A stretch of DNA of 64,000 bases from Balanoglossus misakiensis (taxonomy: Eukaryota; Animalia; Hemichordata): positions 775,622 to 839,621 of the forward strand of contig CM082587.2 of NCBI GenBank assembly GCA_040954595.2. Direction: 5' to 3'. Shown in pieces: positions 23,714-38,800 of the stretch. The notes under the pieces were generated by a model. The model did not search any database and had not been told where the DNA came from. It was given only the letters and a program-made list of their open reading frames with translations. The position numbers and the translations under genes were made by a program. The stretch's first letter is position 1, and every line of letters begins with the position of its first letter.

Positions 23714-24715
23714 TTATTTATCATCAGTATGTCGAACACTGCCAGACAAGGTGTTAATGATAGATTCATCATCAACTCTGTTCTTCGCGTGGCAACAGAA
23801 TGTGTCTATGAAACCTTTTCTAAACTGTTTGTATTTGAAGACATAAATTAGTGGATTCATGACAGAGTTGGCAAAAGCCAAGAGTACCAGACAGTTGAAG
23901 TAGTCCGCAGTGTAACTAACAGGAACTCCAGTGTTATAGAGGAGGAAGAGGACACTATCTGGTGTCCAGCAGATGATGTAGGCTAATAACACCATAAATA
24001 ACATTCGTATGACCTTCTTACGTGCTCGCAGAAGTGTCTCTGCTCTGCCATCTCGTCGGTCGTGTTGTTGTATGTCCCTGGCGCTCTGTCTTAAACTGTT
24101 GACAATCTTGAGGTAGGCCCACACCATGGCAATGATTGGTATGAAGAAACTGATAAAGAAGTTGAACACGCCAAGTCCTACTCCAGTTGAATCGTTTGGG
24201 TAGATGAATAACTGGCAAACACCATTGTGGTAACCATGAAAGCTGACGAAGACGATTTCCAGCAGGAATGAAAATGACCATGAGATCGCAACCATAATGA
24301 CCACATTCTTGTGAGTGTAGTATGTATTATATGAAAGCGGATATACAATTGCAAAATATCGCTCGAATGTCACCAAGATCAGGTTAAACGTTGACGCCTT
24401 TATGCTGACCCAGAAGAACACAGCACTGAAGTACAAACGACAGTACAATTCTCCCGCAGTGCCATCAGGTACAGGCAGAACGAAAGCTTTTGTTGGATAC
24501 CTGGTGGTGATCAGTTGAACGGACGTCAAGAGATCAGCTACGGCCAAGTTCATTATCAAATAATTTGTGAGGGTCCGCAGTTTTTTGGTGGACAGGATGA
24601 CAATGAGAACGATAACATTTCCAATGGTTCCAAGAATTCCCATTATCAGTTCAGTGTTGTATACATAAGCAGCATCTCGGAAAGAAGCAGACACATCCTT
24701 CGTTGTGTTGTTCAT
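23714..24715 (-). CDS. Class A (rhodopsin-like) GPCR, paralog 1, 333 aa, intronless CDS; galanin/allatostatin-receptor-like orphan
   Basis: Seven hydrophobic segments; GN (TM1), NLAVADL (TM2), ECL1 YC, TFERY, FFIP (TM5), CWTP (TM6), NPLIY (TM7), helix-8 KQFR and a C-terminal CC. First ATG at 24715, after a splice acceptor near 24739. Confidence 0.95.
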   Translation of the reverse strand: MNNTTKDVSASFRDAAYVYNTELIMGILGTIGNVIVLIVILSTKKLRTLTNYLIMNLAVADLLTSVQLITTRYPTKAFVLPVPDGTAGELYCRLYFSAVFFWVSIKASTFNLILVTFERYFAIVYPLSYNTYYTHKNVVIMVAISWSFSFLLEIVFVSFHGYHNGVCQLFIYPNDSTGVGLGVFNFFISFFIPIIAMVWAYLKIVNSLRQSARDIQQHDRRDGRAETLLRARKKVIRMLFMVLLAYIICWTPDSVLFLLYNTGVPVSYTADYFNCLVLLAFANSVMNPLIYVFKYKQFRKGFIDTFCCHAKNRVDDESIINTLSGSVRHTDDK

Positions 24716-26464
24716 GATCACGGTCTCAGACGAGCTATCTATCCGAATGAAATAGAAAAGCAGATATCAAGTATGTGTTTAAAACTATGATAGTGATTGA
24801 TCACCATACACTTAGTTACGGGGCACCTGCATGACCTTTGACAATCTTTTGAATTAGAATCACTGAAGTGAATTTGACGAAATCAATATTTTTGATAAAA
24901 TCATTATTACAAGAAACTTCAAATCGTGTTATTGACACCCATTGTATGTGATCGTGAGAATCTGTTCTGAAAACATCACTTGAAATTATTGAACTGAGAA
25001 TACCCTCTTGGTTGCTATGGGGAGGGTATAAACAAACAGAGTTATAAAGAATTGTAGGTACGTTAGGAAAGATTTCAACTTGAAGGTATTCTTCATTTCT
25101 GAGATCATGTTCATGTTGTCATTTGATTTTAGACAAAACACGAGCTGCAATAATTGTAAGTTTGTCCCCTTCTATTGTAAAATGGACAATTATTGTCGTA
25201 TTCACTGCATCCTTTCACTTGGTTCAAAAAGTCTTCAACAAATTTTAGGTGCGCTTTGAATCTGACGAAGTCTAAATAAAAATCAAACATTTCAGTGACC
25301 AGTATATGACGTCAATGTCGTCGTGTAGTTGTGGACAACATCATATAAACATTTCTCCAAGAATCGATCTTAACTTTACAAACCACAGTTTGTACTTTCA
25401 ATGTAATTGTAACAGGTGGGACTATAATTAAAATGGATTGAATATTTAGGAATCCTTTCCAATGCATCATCACTATTTTGATGACCTAAATAAAGCATTC
25501 ATGAATAAATGCCAAATGTAAAGTCCTCATTGATTAGTAGTCTTCTGTGTCTTCTTTTATACAGTGGGTTTATAAGAAACATCGGTTCGATACAATTTCA
25601 AAAGTATTTAGAATTTACAAAGTCACTTCTAATAACTGAAACTTTTGCGTCAAGCAAAGAATATTGAATAATTGAAAAGAACACAACACCGCATGGGAAT
25701 ACATCTGATTGATCATCCATCTGTCGAGGATGTATTCCCTGAATTAAAATCTATCTCATGTCTCACAAGATCAGTGTGTTGCCTGAAATTCACCTCATAT
25801 GTTTAATCACAACTGGATCCATAATTGCCTTGCATCTTTTAATAGAAAATCACTGAATGCAGAAAATGAACTAATCATCACATTAACTGACAAGACCAGC
25901 ATGTTTTCAACTCATTTCCAAAATAAATGCTTACAGTGAAGAGAAAATTAAAATTGCCTGGCTATTTGTGATCGGTGATTGAAGCAAGATATTACAATGT
26001 AAAGCATCTCCTCAGAAGAACCCAAAGGGAATAATTGTTAACATTCAGGCAGAGTTACTTTACCTCTCCCAACGTGGCACTTTACCCTCCAAGTCTACAT
26101 TTAGACAATAAAATCAGAACCTTGATCTCATTTTCCACAACGCAAGATATTGTTCCAGTTCCGTATTTTATAGCTATTATTGTCACACAGAAATTTAAAA
26201 AGCCAAGTAGGAACAGACCCAAAATATTTAAGTGGAGAACCAACCTGAAAACAGCAAAACTCGCGTACTTGTAATACTCCTTAATGATCCAACCTCTGTA
26301 TGAAGAAAAACTAGACCATCAAAAGCTGCCAAACACTGCACACGTTTCTATTTATATCGACTGTTCATTCAGCGAGAGGTTAATTCTTAAATGTCGTCAG
26401 GGTTGTCAACACAGGTGCTAATAAGGTGTTCAGAATTGATCAACAAATCTTGGAAACAGTTTGA

Positions 26465-26474
26465 GCGCATGCGC
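26465..26474. promoter_or_regulatory. NRF1-type palindrome GCGCATGCGC upstream of GPCR paralog 1
   Basis: Exact consensus in otherwise CpG-poor DNA, about 1.75 kb upstream of the minus-strand ATG. Confidence 0.35.
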
Positions 26475-29400
26475 CAAAATCTGCAAGGTAATGTTTTGCA
26501 AAAGGTATTCTGTTGTTTCTTCGATCTACTTGGAAGTCATGTCTAAGCACTGTGTTCATACTGTGAATTCTTAGAGCGGATATCTCGCATTATCTCATCA
26601 GATGCTCTACGCCATCTCCTGTTGATAGGCCTTTGGTAAGAAGGGATGCTTCCTTGGAAAACGTGATCAACTGCATGTAAGCCACAGGGTCTCCTGTGCC
26701 TCCACAAATGAATTGGAAAATACACCCACACATAAAGAAAGATTGGTTAAAATAAAATAACCAGAAAAATGGAGAGAGAAAGAGAAAAATAAATCCCTCC
26801 TTAAGTTCTTTGACCTTAATCTGTCGCTTCTTTGTTACTTTCTTATATTTGCAAAGAGGTTGATCTGTCCGACTGTATATATAGATTTTGATAATACACT
26901 TGGTAACAGGAAAGATATGTGACACTGACGCCATACAAGCTCAAGTGCATGCAAGAACAGTAATAGTGAGGGGCATTTATTTCTCAGATAAAATCGGAAA
27001 CATATTGACGTGTCTTGAAGGTCAAAAGATCAAGGAATCTTGATTTTTCTCATGGGATGGTGATATCAAAGCTAATTTAGGCGCTAGATATACCCTGCAC
27101 GATGGACATAATGCCTGATTAAGCTTAGTACTACCTGATCATCATCTTCGATTAGGTCGAATCGTTTCCAAGTCGGTAAGCAGTATAGAGAAATTCTGAC
27201 AATCCCAATTATACAAAATGTCTTGACAGATGTTGTCATAACATTTACACTAATTTTCCGGCATCGTATATTGCACGTAAATGAAGTTGTATGCCGAGTT
27301 TGGTTTAGAATTGACATTTCACCTTCTCAAAGCTGAGTTACAGGATTTCAAATCATGTTTGACAGTACCATAATCTGGAATCATTATAGTGCCATTAGCC
27401 CATGTTCATACATTGCACAAGAAAACACATTGCAATGAGAGACAACTGCTACAGTTGGCAAATCCCTTGAGATGTGTAATCCGTTAACGAAATTGAGATC
27501 ACAATCGACTGTACGTAATTTTTTTTACTGTCAAAAGCTTCTTTAATAAGCTGTTCAATGCTTAAGAACAGTAAATATATCTGCAATAGTCCCACATACT
27601 CGGTTTAGAGTTCTGTATCAGGCACTGATAATCTGTTGCAAATGATTCCGTATTCGCATAAAAGAAAACTATCCCAACTAATTCCATCACTGATGGCAAG
27701 ACCTGGGGGAAATTTATGAACATCAAAATCTCATTGCCACATGGTCTTTATATAGCATCGCATCGGGATATCTAAGTGCAAAGTCAAATCTCACGTTAAT
27801 TGGTCTGAAGGAGCAAGGTCATTGGCATCCTGGGGGTATCTATGGAGAATGGATGAGAACGATTTACTCCCTAATGAGTAACACGTACGCCATAAAATGG
27901 TGTGTTTGTTAAGATACACCAGAGTATGGACATCTTATAAGAGGGAGGGAGGGGGAGATGGACATGCTTGGGCAGGGAGATACATGTGGATATGGTTTAA
28001 TTACAGACTTTATGTCTGCCAAGATTTGGAGGTCATAATAGACGTCATAACTGTTGTGGCCAGAACAGTCTTGTACCTCCTGAGAAAACGCAAGGCGAAC
28101 AAAATAATCGGAAGTCACAGGACGGAAAGTGAAATGCACTTTCGAGGAATTAATGCTTCTGCTGTTGTGGCCTTTCAGCAATTTCAATTAAACGGAATAC
28201 AAAGTGACTTCACTCATAAGACGCAGTGGAATTCTTTCAGGCTGTGTTTGAAACTAATGAACCACTATGCAAGTAGTTAACTGAATTTACAGGACCATGC
28301 ACCTATGCAATGGACAAGCGAATGAATAACAAACATTTTGAGTATACTGAAATCAAATCAAGGCCAACAACAATGAATTAGCATAATGTATGGGCGACTG
28401 AATATTAAAGCTTGGGACAGTTCTTTCCAATGAGATATGGTGTAGCCTATTAAAGGTGTACATGACAAAGAGGCATATATTTTGAACGGCATACGGCATG
28501 ATGGTTGCCATGTGACATCAATGATCTATAAACATGGGAGACACCTGAATAAAGCTGTCATATTGTGCTGCACGTCAACTTATCTTTAACTCCGTTTGAT
28601 GTTGATTGGTATTCATCATATGACTTGTTACTTTTGCATTAGTCGCAAATTGATTGGTCGCTCAACAAAAGCTGTCAGTCAATTTTTACACTCTGTTGCA
28701 TAGCGACCATGCTTTGCGAAGTTTCACATTCAAAACAATCTGCATTCGCAAGCTACAACAACAAATTCAAGCATATAAATGTACTGATTAGATATGCCAC
28801 TTGCTTGGACTGTCATGTCATTATAATTTGTGGGATGAGCAAGTGCAATGATTGTATGTTCTGGTAAGCAAGTTTCAACAATTATGGCCATGGATCCCAA
28901 AGTTCAAAGTCGAATTTAACAAGCACTACACAAATCTCTGAAATCAACATCAGCAGCCAACTTTCATTTAATTGAGTCAGTAACCTTGGAATCGATCAAT
29001 ATTGTTAACTGCAAATGTTCGTTAAATAGTTTTAGCCATAAGGTTTAGTCATTTGCACAAAAACATAAAGAGAGCCCCCAGGAGTTCATTGTCAACAGAC
29101 TTTTCATCTCAACACACAGGGAAAACATCTGGTTGATCATTTGCAATCATCAAGGTGTGAGGGCATACATCATAATGAGAAAATTATGGTGGCAGGGTAG
29201 AAAAATTATGATTTCCAAGAATTAAATTTCACCAAAAGGGGTCAAAATGAACATATATGACAACACATGTTTCCAAGGAAATTACTTGGGGCTGTCGAAA
29301 GTGTGCATTTTCCAATAAATCCCATTAAAAGTAACTTAAACATTGTAAAAAAAATTTGCCAAAGGGGTATCATGGATTGAAACGACAAAATATGAGTTGT

Positions 29401-29780
29401 GCTTTGATGACACTGGAGGATAATCTAGTTGAACAGCTGTCAACAATAAAATCTGATTATAGTATGTCTATTGGTGACCATATGTTTAGATATAACACTA
29501 TAAATTATTCAATATGCAAATTCAACAATACACTGTGTACATATCTGACAACAGAGAGGTACATGTTTTTGGTTATGATACTTATTTGACGCAAGTTTAA
29601 TTAAGTGGGAAACTAAAATCATACAAATAATGTGAAAAGATATCACCTGGTGCTCAGAAGTGCCATCTGAAGAAATAAAAATGCTAATAAGTGCCTACAT
29701 ATGGCATATTTGTCAAACTTATGATTCAAATATCACAATGAAGTAAATACTATATTGCCTAATCTTTCCATGTACATGCG

Positions 29781-29890
29781 AACCTGTCTATAGTCCAGTC
29801 AAGGCATTTTCCTAAACTGGCCTTTGTAGACAGGTAAATTAATTCACATGTAAAATACACAGGGATTGTCACAAAGTGGCCACTACATAG
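29781..29890. mobile_element. Degenerate MITE-like remnant
   Basis: Internal inverted repeat acctgtctata...tgtagacaggt followed by gtggccacta. It resembles Tc1/pogo-derived MITEs of marine invertebrates (recalled pattern, not searched). Confidence 0.3.
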
Positions 29891-32800
29891 TTTTCGAAAT
29901 ATGTGCAAAAGTTTAAGCGACTTACTTTATACTCTTCTGCCATGCTGAGACCAGAGCCTCCGCCAACATGTCAGATATGAACCGTTCAAAAGTCAGATTC
30001 AAATTTAATACCTTATTTGATTTCAAGTGCATGTGCTTATTAAAGGCTGTATGACACTTTTTCACATCAATCATGTTATCTACATACAGTTATCATACCA
30101 GCTTGTTGCTTGACGTCACTTCCTGTAAAGCTTATTGAACAGAGAAGGATGTCCAGTGTCATTGCCCTTCAAAGTTATTCAAAAGCCAACAAAGTACACA
30201 AAGATAAAATAACAATTTTTCATTGCACTAATTTGTAAGACTTTCCAAGCTTACACTAACACTGGTCCACCTATATTATATTGAAGAAGAAACCATGTAA
30301 AAGTTATGTATGGGTTGGTTCTTTAAACATGTAATGTTACATCACACTTGTGAATGCATTACATGTCTTGCCAAAGCAGTCTTCCATTAGTATACAAGAC
30401 AAGAATGCATACAGAAATCGATCCAGCATTTGTCTCCAGAGATCTACTGAGTCATTCAAAGGGTCAGCTTTAACTTCATTCCGTCTGTCAAAAGGAGTTT
30501 ATTATAGATCTAAGTTATGGGTATCAATAATCAACCAGAGGAATTCATGCACATCTTGTTTTGATCACATTGTGAATGAAAGCAAGATGGATTCTTTTAC
30601 TGAAGTTTACTAATGCATCTCTTTGAAAATAGTGCTGGGAAATCTTAAAGGATGAGTTGAGACAAATCGAAGATATGTGAATAGAACTAAAATAATTTGT
30701 ATGAATAATTGACTGGGATTTCCACATGAAAGATTTGTGTCTGAAATGATGTGTCTAAATGCCAGTCAGTTGTTCATCTCTGAAAAGAAGTTGACTTTGA
30801 TAGGGCACTCTGGAGTGGTTTTATAAACGATGGTGATGGAACGAAAGCAGATATTCAAGACATCATACAGGTTTGAGAATGTCCAACTGACAATCTAAAC
30901 GGACGAATTAGAAAGCAACATATTAAATAATCAATTGTAAAGGAAGCGCCCTCAAGAGTGTATGGTGAAAAAGACACTCAGCGACTGGGTGTGTTTTAAC
31001 CATTCACGACGATAAAGTCATCACAGTAGACGACAGAAGAGGACTATATACCTGCATACGTCATCCTTGTTGAACGAAAATTTCAGTTGTGGTACTACTA
31101 GACGGACAGCAGACAGAGTTGGTACGCTAACGATTTCGTTCAGAGCAAATCAAGTCGGCATCGAAGGGATAATCAAAGGTTTGTAGGATCCATTTGAAAT
31201 TTGCATCAGACTTATTTTTGAAAGAGTTAGCCTCACAATTTTCGGCTACTTTTGATCACAGGTGCGTATATTTCCATGTAGGCGAATTGTAAAGACGCGA
31301 CAAATATATTCCTAGAGACATATTGTCTGATTACGTGAAACAACTCCATTGCCGATACATTTGAGGAAACACCGCTCATAAACAATATTACTCACAAAAG
31401 CATAAACTGGTTCTCCAATCCCAACCACCATTTATCTTCTTCAAAAACTACCCATTTGTTATAACGAAATATTTCAATTCTCGGCTGAAGCCATGGTATT
31501 TTACTGATGTTTCGATGACACTTTGAAACATTCACACCACTTCTGTATATTACATACAACTATAGCTTCATTTAGAATGCGTGTACGGTACATGTATATC
31601 GTCAAGTAATACAGCCTCTTGAAAATCAAATTACAAGAGACCAATAAAAGAAGAGTTGTAATGGAAATAAATTGAGGATGATTTACCGAAAACAAGACAG
31701 GGTGAAATTATTGCAAATACGTACGGTGCCAAACAACATGACGTCATATTTGATCTTTTATATCCAGACGCAGTCGGAGTTAGAAGTGACATCAACGCCA
31801 TCGAGTGAGAGAGAAAAAAAAACGGTCATAAGGTGAGCCAAACCTTCAGAGAAAGTCCATAAAATGTAATTTATCATATGCCGTTAAACTATTAAATGTA
31901 CATTAGCAAACATTTTACGAGCAAAAGACCCAAATATGGGTCCTGTTCAGTTATACACACATACCCTAGCAATTTCAAGTGGCAACAACACCATATGTGG
32001 CCAGGTACCCAAGGATAATGGCCTAAATTTCTATATATCCCACATTTAACACAATTTGTAACAGTAGCATGATCTTGTCCTTTCAACAGTTGTTTGACAT
32101 TAAAGATTTATGCACTCTTGTAAAATTTACAATAGTTCCAATAAATATATGCATTGTTTTATAATTACACTGTGATTACAGCCTTTTAAAATGCACACAG
32201 ATTAAATACCCTGTTGTGAGTGGTAATAACTATATCCCACAAAATATTCAATAAAAGTTAATCAAAATAATCAAATGGGTTACACTTATATCTTGGATTC
32301 CTTCTAAGATATTTTACTACTCTCATTTAATGGAAACTTAAGCTTTTCTGTCTCGTCAAAATTAGTGTACAGTAATACAATCAAAATTACTTTGGCATTT
32401 AACAGTTTTAAAATTCTACTTCATCAAATTTCTGACTATAAAAGAAACGTTAATTATAATGATAGAAATAACACCTTCATGGGAGTAGAGACTTCTAAAA
32501 TAATATCAATGCAACTTGATTTATGGATCAATTCTTAATGAAACCACTGGGAATTTTTACGAGATTTCTACAGGGTCTATCTAATTAGCTGCCTCGAATC
32601 ATGATGGTAGCATTTATCAATGTATACTCCTGTAATCATACTCTTCACATTTTGAAACAGAGAGTTATAGTTTCATTTTCAGAAGACTCCAACTGTAGTC
32701 AAAAGAATAACTTGATAATACCATATTACATGTATTACAGTTCTGCAATTAGTACAACATGTCTGCAAAGCTTGGTAGCATTTGTGGGTACAGTTTCAAG

Positions 32801-35800
32801 TGAATTGACAACTCAAATATGCAGGTATTACTTTCTCGGAGACCAGTCCTACTCTAATCGCAAAATACAATGATATAATTTGCCTTCTGGCTTAGAACAA
32901 ATCTCCTCTCAGCAAAGAGTAACAAATAAACAAGCAGCGGATTAATCAGATCTATTTTTATCGACGTTCTAGTTCTATGTCATGAACAGCATTACATTGA
33001 ATCAACCCACGTTACAGATGACAATTTAACTGCAAAAGGTTCGTGCACTTGAAATCCACTTATTCTTGACAATTTGATTGCTTCCTAATATGATTAGCTG
33101 CTCTTTCTGCAAGAAACTGAACTGTTTATATTTTGGAATTGCAAACACATAGCAACACAGGTGTTATTGACATGCATTTTCATGGTCTGTAAGGGTCTGT
33201 CTTAACAACAGAATCATTTTAAGTGCATCCAACCCGATAATAGTGAAAGAAAGTCAATAGCACTTTGGGAAATATGCACAGGCTGATCCAGACGGGTTGA
33301 TTAATGTCAAACACTGTACATACAAGGTCTATTGTATTTATCGATCGCCAGTGTAGCGTTTGAAACTACTGATGATGGTAGAAAGGTCCAGAAAATTCCT
33401 TGTCATTTGAAATAAAGACAATTCAAGTTGTTGAATCATGTGTGATATTGCAAAGTCTTTCGTTCATCTCTTATGAATGTTGTGTTTAAGCTACTCAACA
33501 CTGCATCCTGTGACAAATCTATTGAAACTCCACATAATCAATCTGTCCTTGTATCTCTCACTGGCTCTACGATCGATGTCAAAACAACTGTTCGAGGGCA
33601 AAAATAGGGAGTTTAACTGGAGGAAATATTGCTGAAAAAAGTATGCATTTTCAAACCATTGTAGAAGGACTGACAGGTTATATTGGCTACACACATCACT
33701 TTAATCAATTTTAAAATGTTTCATTTTTGTTCGATATATGACATGACAAGAAAGTAAGCTTAAACTATCAAATCAAGAATTTTTTGACACATGAATACTT
33801 TACTGTGTAAAGTACCGGTACATGTCATTTGGCATCCACTGTACAAGCGCGGGAAACATACTTAAACGACATTTCTCACCAAAGTATACAGGAGTCCAAT
33901 GTATGTGTGTGAATATTCAGGAAATGTTTAATGGCCGATCAAACATTGTGGCTTACAGTATGTTTTAATTGTACTGCAGTAATGTAAAAGGTATTCAGAT
34001 GGTGAGTAACCATATCCTTCAAATAAATAAATAAAAAATATGGAAAACCACTTAATACTCCATCCTTTCGATACTTATACAAGCGTTTGTAAAGTTTTAT
34101 CCTTGACGGCCTTGTCTTTAACGGTGTTAAATGCTTGGGATATATACAAAGGAAGTGATTAAACTGTAGTTCACATGGCAATACTTTCAACACACAGATG
34201 TTGTTTGACACATTGTCGTCATGTTGAATTCTGACACATCAGAATGGCTGCTCATATTTGTTGCTCATGGCTAAAAGTAATTCAAATTGATGAATGAACA
34301 AAATTATAGCTGTTTTAACCCTTTCTGGCCGGATATCCTATATATAGGAGAAATTTGGGTAAGTTCCCTCATCAGACTTTCAGTCAGAATTCACGTTAAA
34401 TGCAAACTCTCATATTAGAGATGTACACAGAAACTGACTTGTCATTTACAGTTAGACCATCACCTTGACATCAATACTGTCTCATCACAGCATTAAGGAA
34501 CGAACAATCAAACAAGCAATTTCCCTTTTTGGTCAGTAATAGAAGTGATCGTTTCTCATCATAGACACACTATTTTTCTTCTCCTACAACCTCATTAACT
34601 TTGCTATTCGCATTAGACATTGTCAAGGGCAAAATCAAAAATAGGATAAACACGAGAAAAGAGAAGTTGAGCTCCAGTGTTTCCGGCTGATGATGTGCGC
34701 ATGTTGTACACTTTTACGGGTACCTCTCAAAACATGATTTCTCAAGTGAGTTAAGGAGTAACATTTTCTGCCGTACAGATTAGATTGGAACAGTAATGGT
34801 AATAGAATGGCTGCTCATATTTATTGCCCTGCAGCTGCATCTGAGGGTTTGGGTCCCATAAGACACAGTTGCTAGTCAGAGTCAAAGATGATCCCAAATA
34901 TATGGTAACTGCTACAATGTACCCGGTACATCATTGCAAACAATGCGACTGTTACTTTGCATCTCCCTGAACAGGAACAATGCTGATGGTGTGTTTATAA
35001 ACAGAAAAGTTGTGCATGTGTAGTTCAGATGGCACTCCTCCTTTAACACACACACACTCTGATAACACATGGCTAAGCAAGCTCACAGTGAGGGACGTGC
35101 AATACTTTATATTCACCCAACCGATTGCAGATAGTGTTACATGCCAAGGTAAGTAAGCAATCCAATTTTTGTTATTGGGCAGGAAGACTCTTAAACTGCT
35201 CAAGCCCTTCAAGACAGAGACAAATCGGATCGTTTTATTATCGTAATTGTCTGGCTGAAATTGAGGGTGACTAATCAACCGTGCTGTTCTAAGTTAATGA
35301 CGCTCATATTGAAAGTGTCTAACGCAATTTACTAGAAACTCTGCTGGGAGGCTTTAGTACCCAAGGAATGTCCCCAGCATTCATGTCTTGATTATTTTGT
35401 ATTAAAGATACTACATTGAGTGAAGGGAAAAGATAATATGATTAATATCACATGTTCTGGTTACGCCAGAGAGGATTTACATTATAAATCTTATCGAGAA
35501 GAGAAGACACACCACCTATAGAAATAATAATATTCTCTAGAACTTAGTACATCTACAATTCCAAAGTATTAATACAGTGTAACACTGGCATATGTACCAT
35601 AGATTTTAGATTTTCTCTTGAATTGACTCAATGACCACCTTTCCTACAAGCTTACTATCTTAATTTCTACAATGTATAGCTAAGTTACCCCTGGTTACTA
35701 GAGATATAAATATGTAAACACTTCAAAATGACTTCCTTCAGGGATGAAACTGTAAGAACCCAAATTTCATAAATGCCTTTGGGAAATTGGAAAACAGAAA

Positions 35801-38800
35801 ATAAACAGTTTAGGACCATGTTTGAGCTTTTTAATTGAATTTGTTTGCTTTTAATGTTTAATCAATGGGACGTATTGAAATATAGGGTCACGATATCAAC
35901 GACCTTCGATTATAAGGGCCTCCAGGTTCAAAAGCTATTGAAAAACAATGTTTGCTGAATTCAGAGATCATTCTGAAGAATCATTATTTCTTGACGTACC
36001 GTACATGATGAGTTACAGGATGTTTTTTCCTCAAGGGACTTGTGGAGTATTTTATTCTTTGTTTGTCACTTGTGTACAGAAAATACGTGCAGGTTTATCC
36101 ATACAAGAAGGAACCCTTTTCTGTCAACTTCGCACAACTGTGAAGTTCATGGTCTTATTATATAATTATTGGATGAACGCCTGCAGAGGTTCATTAGAAA
36201 TCAGATGTCTCAGTTCCGATGTAATATTTGGTACTGACCTAAAGGTTAAATGATTGGAATATTCGTATGAAATGCCCTCGTACAGAACGCGAGTAGCTGT
36301 AGTTGAACATTGTGACTCGGGTGGTGAGTAAAGGAAGTTAACCCGTGCCCACAGAGTCGTGTAGGGAATCAGGAAATTGCGTCGCGTTGGTAAATCTTGC
36401 GTCTATCCTGAATGCAACCTGGCTGAATTACTGCCTATGTAAGTAGCGGTGATGGCTAAACTGTTTCTTGAACTCACGGAGCTTGTTGCCGTAGTCGAAG
36501 AGCAATTCTGTGCCTAATGTATGACTATTAGTAAAAAGACTATAAATGGAAAGGTCACATACATTTTAATCTGTAAACAAACTATTCTTGCAGGAAATGA
36601 CCTAACACGCCTATCCTGTGACTTCCCTTGACGCGTCTAGCATAATCCGTTTGGCCTCAGTTTGTACAATATGAAAAAACATCCAACGGAAATTTCTGAT
36701 ATCAGTATAAAATGTATGCATGCACCCACAGTATGTATGTATGCAGACATAGGTTGACTGATACTAAAAGCTCACAAATATCATAAACATATACAACAGC
36801 ATCAGTAGATGTGTTCAAATGACATTCCCATGGAGACAATATGTTTCGTCATTGTGTTCAACACAAGATATAATGTCAATGTTTGTCTGTGTGTCGATTT
36901 GCGCACTTCCCTCTGTCATTTGATATTTGAAAACAATTAACGGCTTCAAATGGCAACTGTCAGATTCTTCATAAAACATCTGACACATGTTTGATGTAAA
37001 TGACACTTCAGTCGACACTTTATGTAAAAGCAACAGATGTCACAGTCTTCCATTACCGGCCAATAGTTTTACTATTCAATATGAAAATTGTTGTTCTAGA
37101 AATATGTATGCGTTTCGTGTACGGCTTCTAAGTTCTTTGTTAGTTTTTAAAAAAATGGTCATCCTGCTAATTGAAAAGCCCATGTGCCTTATGGGAATAA
37201 ACTCGGATGGACTACAGTGTTACCTTGATGGCACATTTCTGTTGCAGTCCAGCCAAATGGCAAGATGTGGTAAATAGATAGGGGTGAAAGTGAGAGAGAA
37301 TAGTGATAAGAAATACACTTTGGAAATCTTGAGTTGTTTTACAGTTTATGTATGCCATAGGTTGTTCATCTGTTATGAACTTGGTGGTGAAATCGTTACT
37401 GAATTTGCACTTGTCATGAAAGACACTCTTAACGGAATAAACCAGCTATATTACAAGATTTAAGAGATATGACCAGGGAAATCAGTGAAGGAGGTTTAAT
37501 GGCTATAATATCTATTCATAAGGTACTGTGCACAAATTTAATTTACAGATACTTGAGAGATAGTGTTCATCGCCCTAAGAAATCTTTCCTTTAACAATGC
37601 TTGAGTTCTCTTGCAGGAAAGCGCCTTTTGAACACAACCTTGAGGTAAAATCGTTTCGGGTCCATTAGATCAAGAAGAAATTGAAACAAGCTCACTCGCA
37701 AATTAAACCTGTCGATGTCTTACTTAGAAATTAATATTGTGGGTATTTGAAACTTAACTACCTGGAATATAAATACACTATTCTAGGGAGGAAATGTATG
37801 TTTATAGTTCCACATTGAAGCAGAAAGCGCAAGGGTTTGAATTAAGAGACTACCATCACCAAATGACAATGCCGTGGGTCACATGGCCATATCACGTGAT
37901 TGATAGTAAAGAATTCAAATAGTTGTAATAAGTAGCATCAAAGATAAAATGGGTATCTTCCTGTCTCTCAATTGTATGCGAGGGAAGATGCTGCCCAGAA
38001 TGTCACTGGTGACATCAGTGTTACCATGGTGACATAATACTAAGACAACAAGACGCCGAGATAAAACCTCCAGTCGATATGGATAGATATTTGCAAATAT
38101 CCTTTCTGAGACGTGACCACAAGGGTGATTTCCACAAAGTGATGTGATAAAGGGAATAATTGTACTAGAGACAGCTGCAGATTGTACTTTATTTTTCAAT
38201 CGAGCTAAACCATGTAAGCAGAAACGCATAATCAAGTGTATTAGATCCTTACACTTATATTTTCAGTGGGAACTCTTTTCAGAATGGGTGTAGTAGATTT
38301 CTATCAACAAAACTTAAATCGTTAAGTCGATTTCTATCATGCAACGTTTTAATGATCCATCTACATTATAAATCCCTTTTGAATAAATTATTCTTTTTAT
38401 CCACATTTCACATTTCAAATATGCAGACGAATCATGTATGTGCGTGCTCGCACGTGTACGTGTATGTACGGTATGTACCCGGGTATGTCAATTCAAGCGT
38501 ATAATCAATTTATTTAATATAGTTTATAGCAATTCTTACAAGCAGTATGCCTTGTTATCAATAACGTACAATTAAACATTAGCAGTGAAGGCCACTCTCA
38601 GAAAATTGAATACAAGGTCATTCACGACGGAAACTTTTACCATTAACACATTATATCCGATTGAATTGCGAACAAAAGAAATCAATGCTCCTTGCTTCGC
38701 CGTAAAGCGCATCATTAACTAATAAATGAACCTTGTAAATTGAAGATTAAGGATCTGTGCAAACTAAAAGGGAGTCGTATTTGCCTAGTCCCAAAAGAGA

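Noticed and set aside
36290-36550. tRNA-derived SINE remnant
   Set aside because: Only a vague tail resemblance; no clear A/B boxes or target-site duplication.
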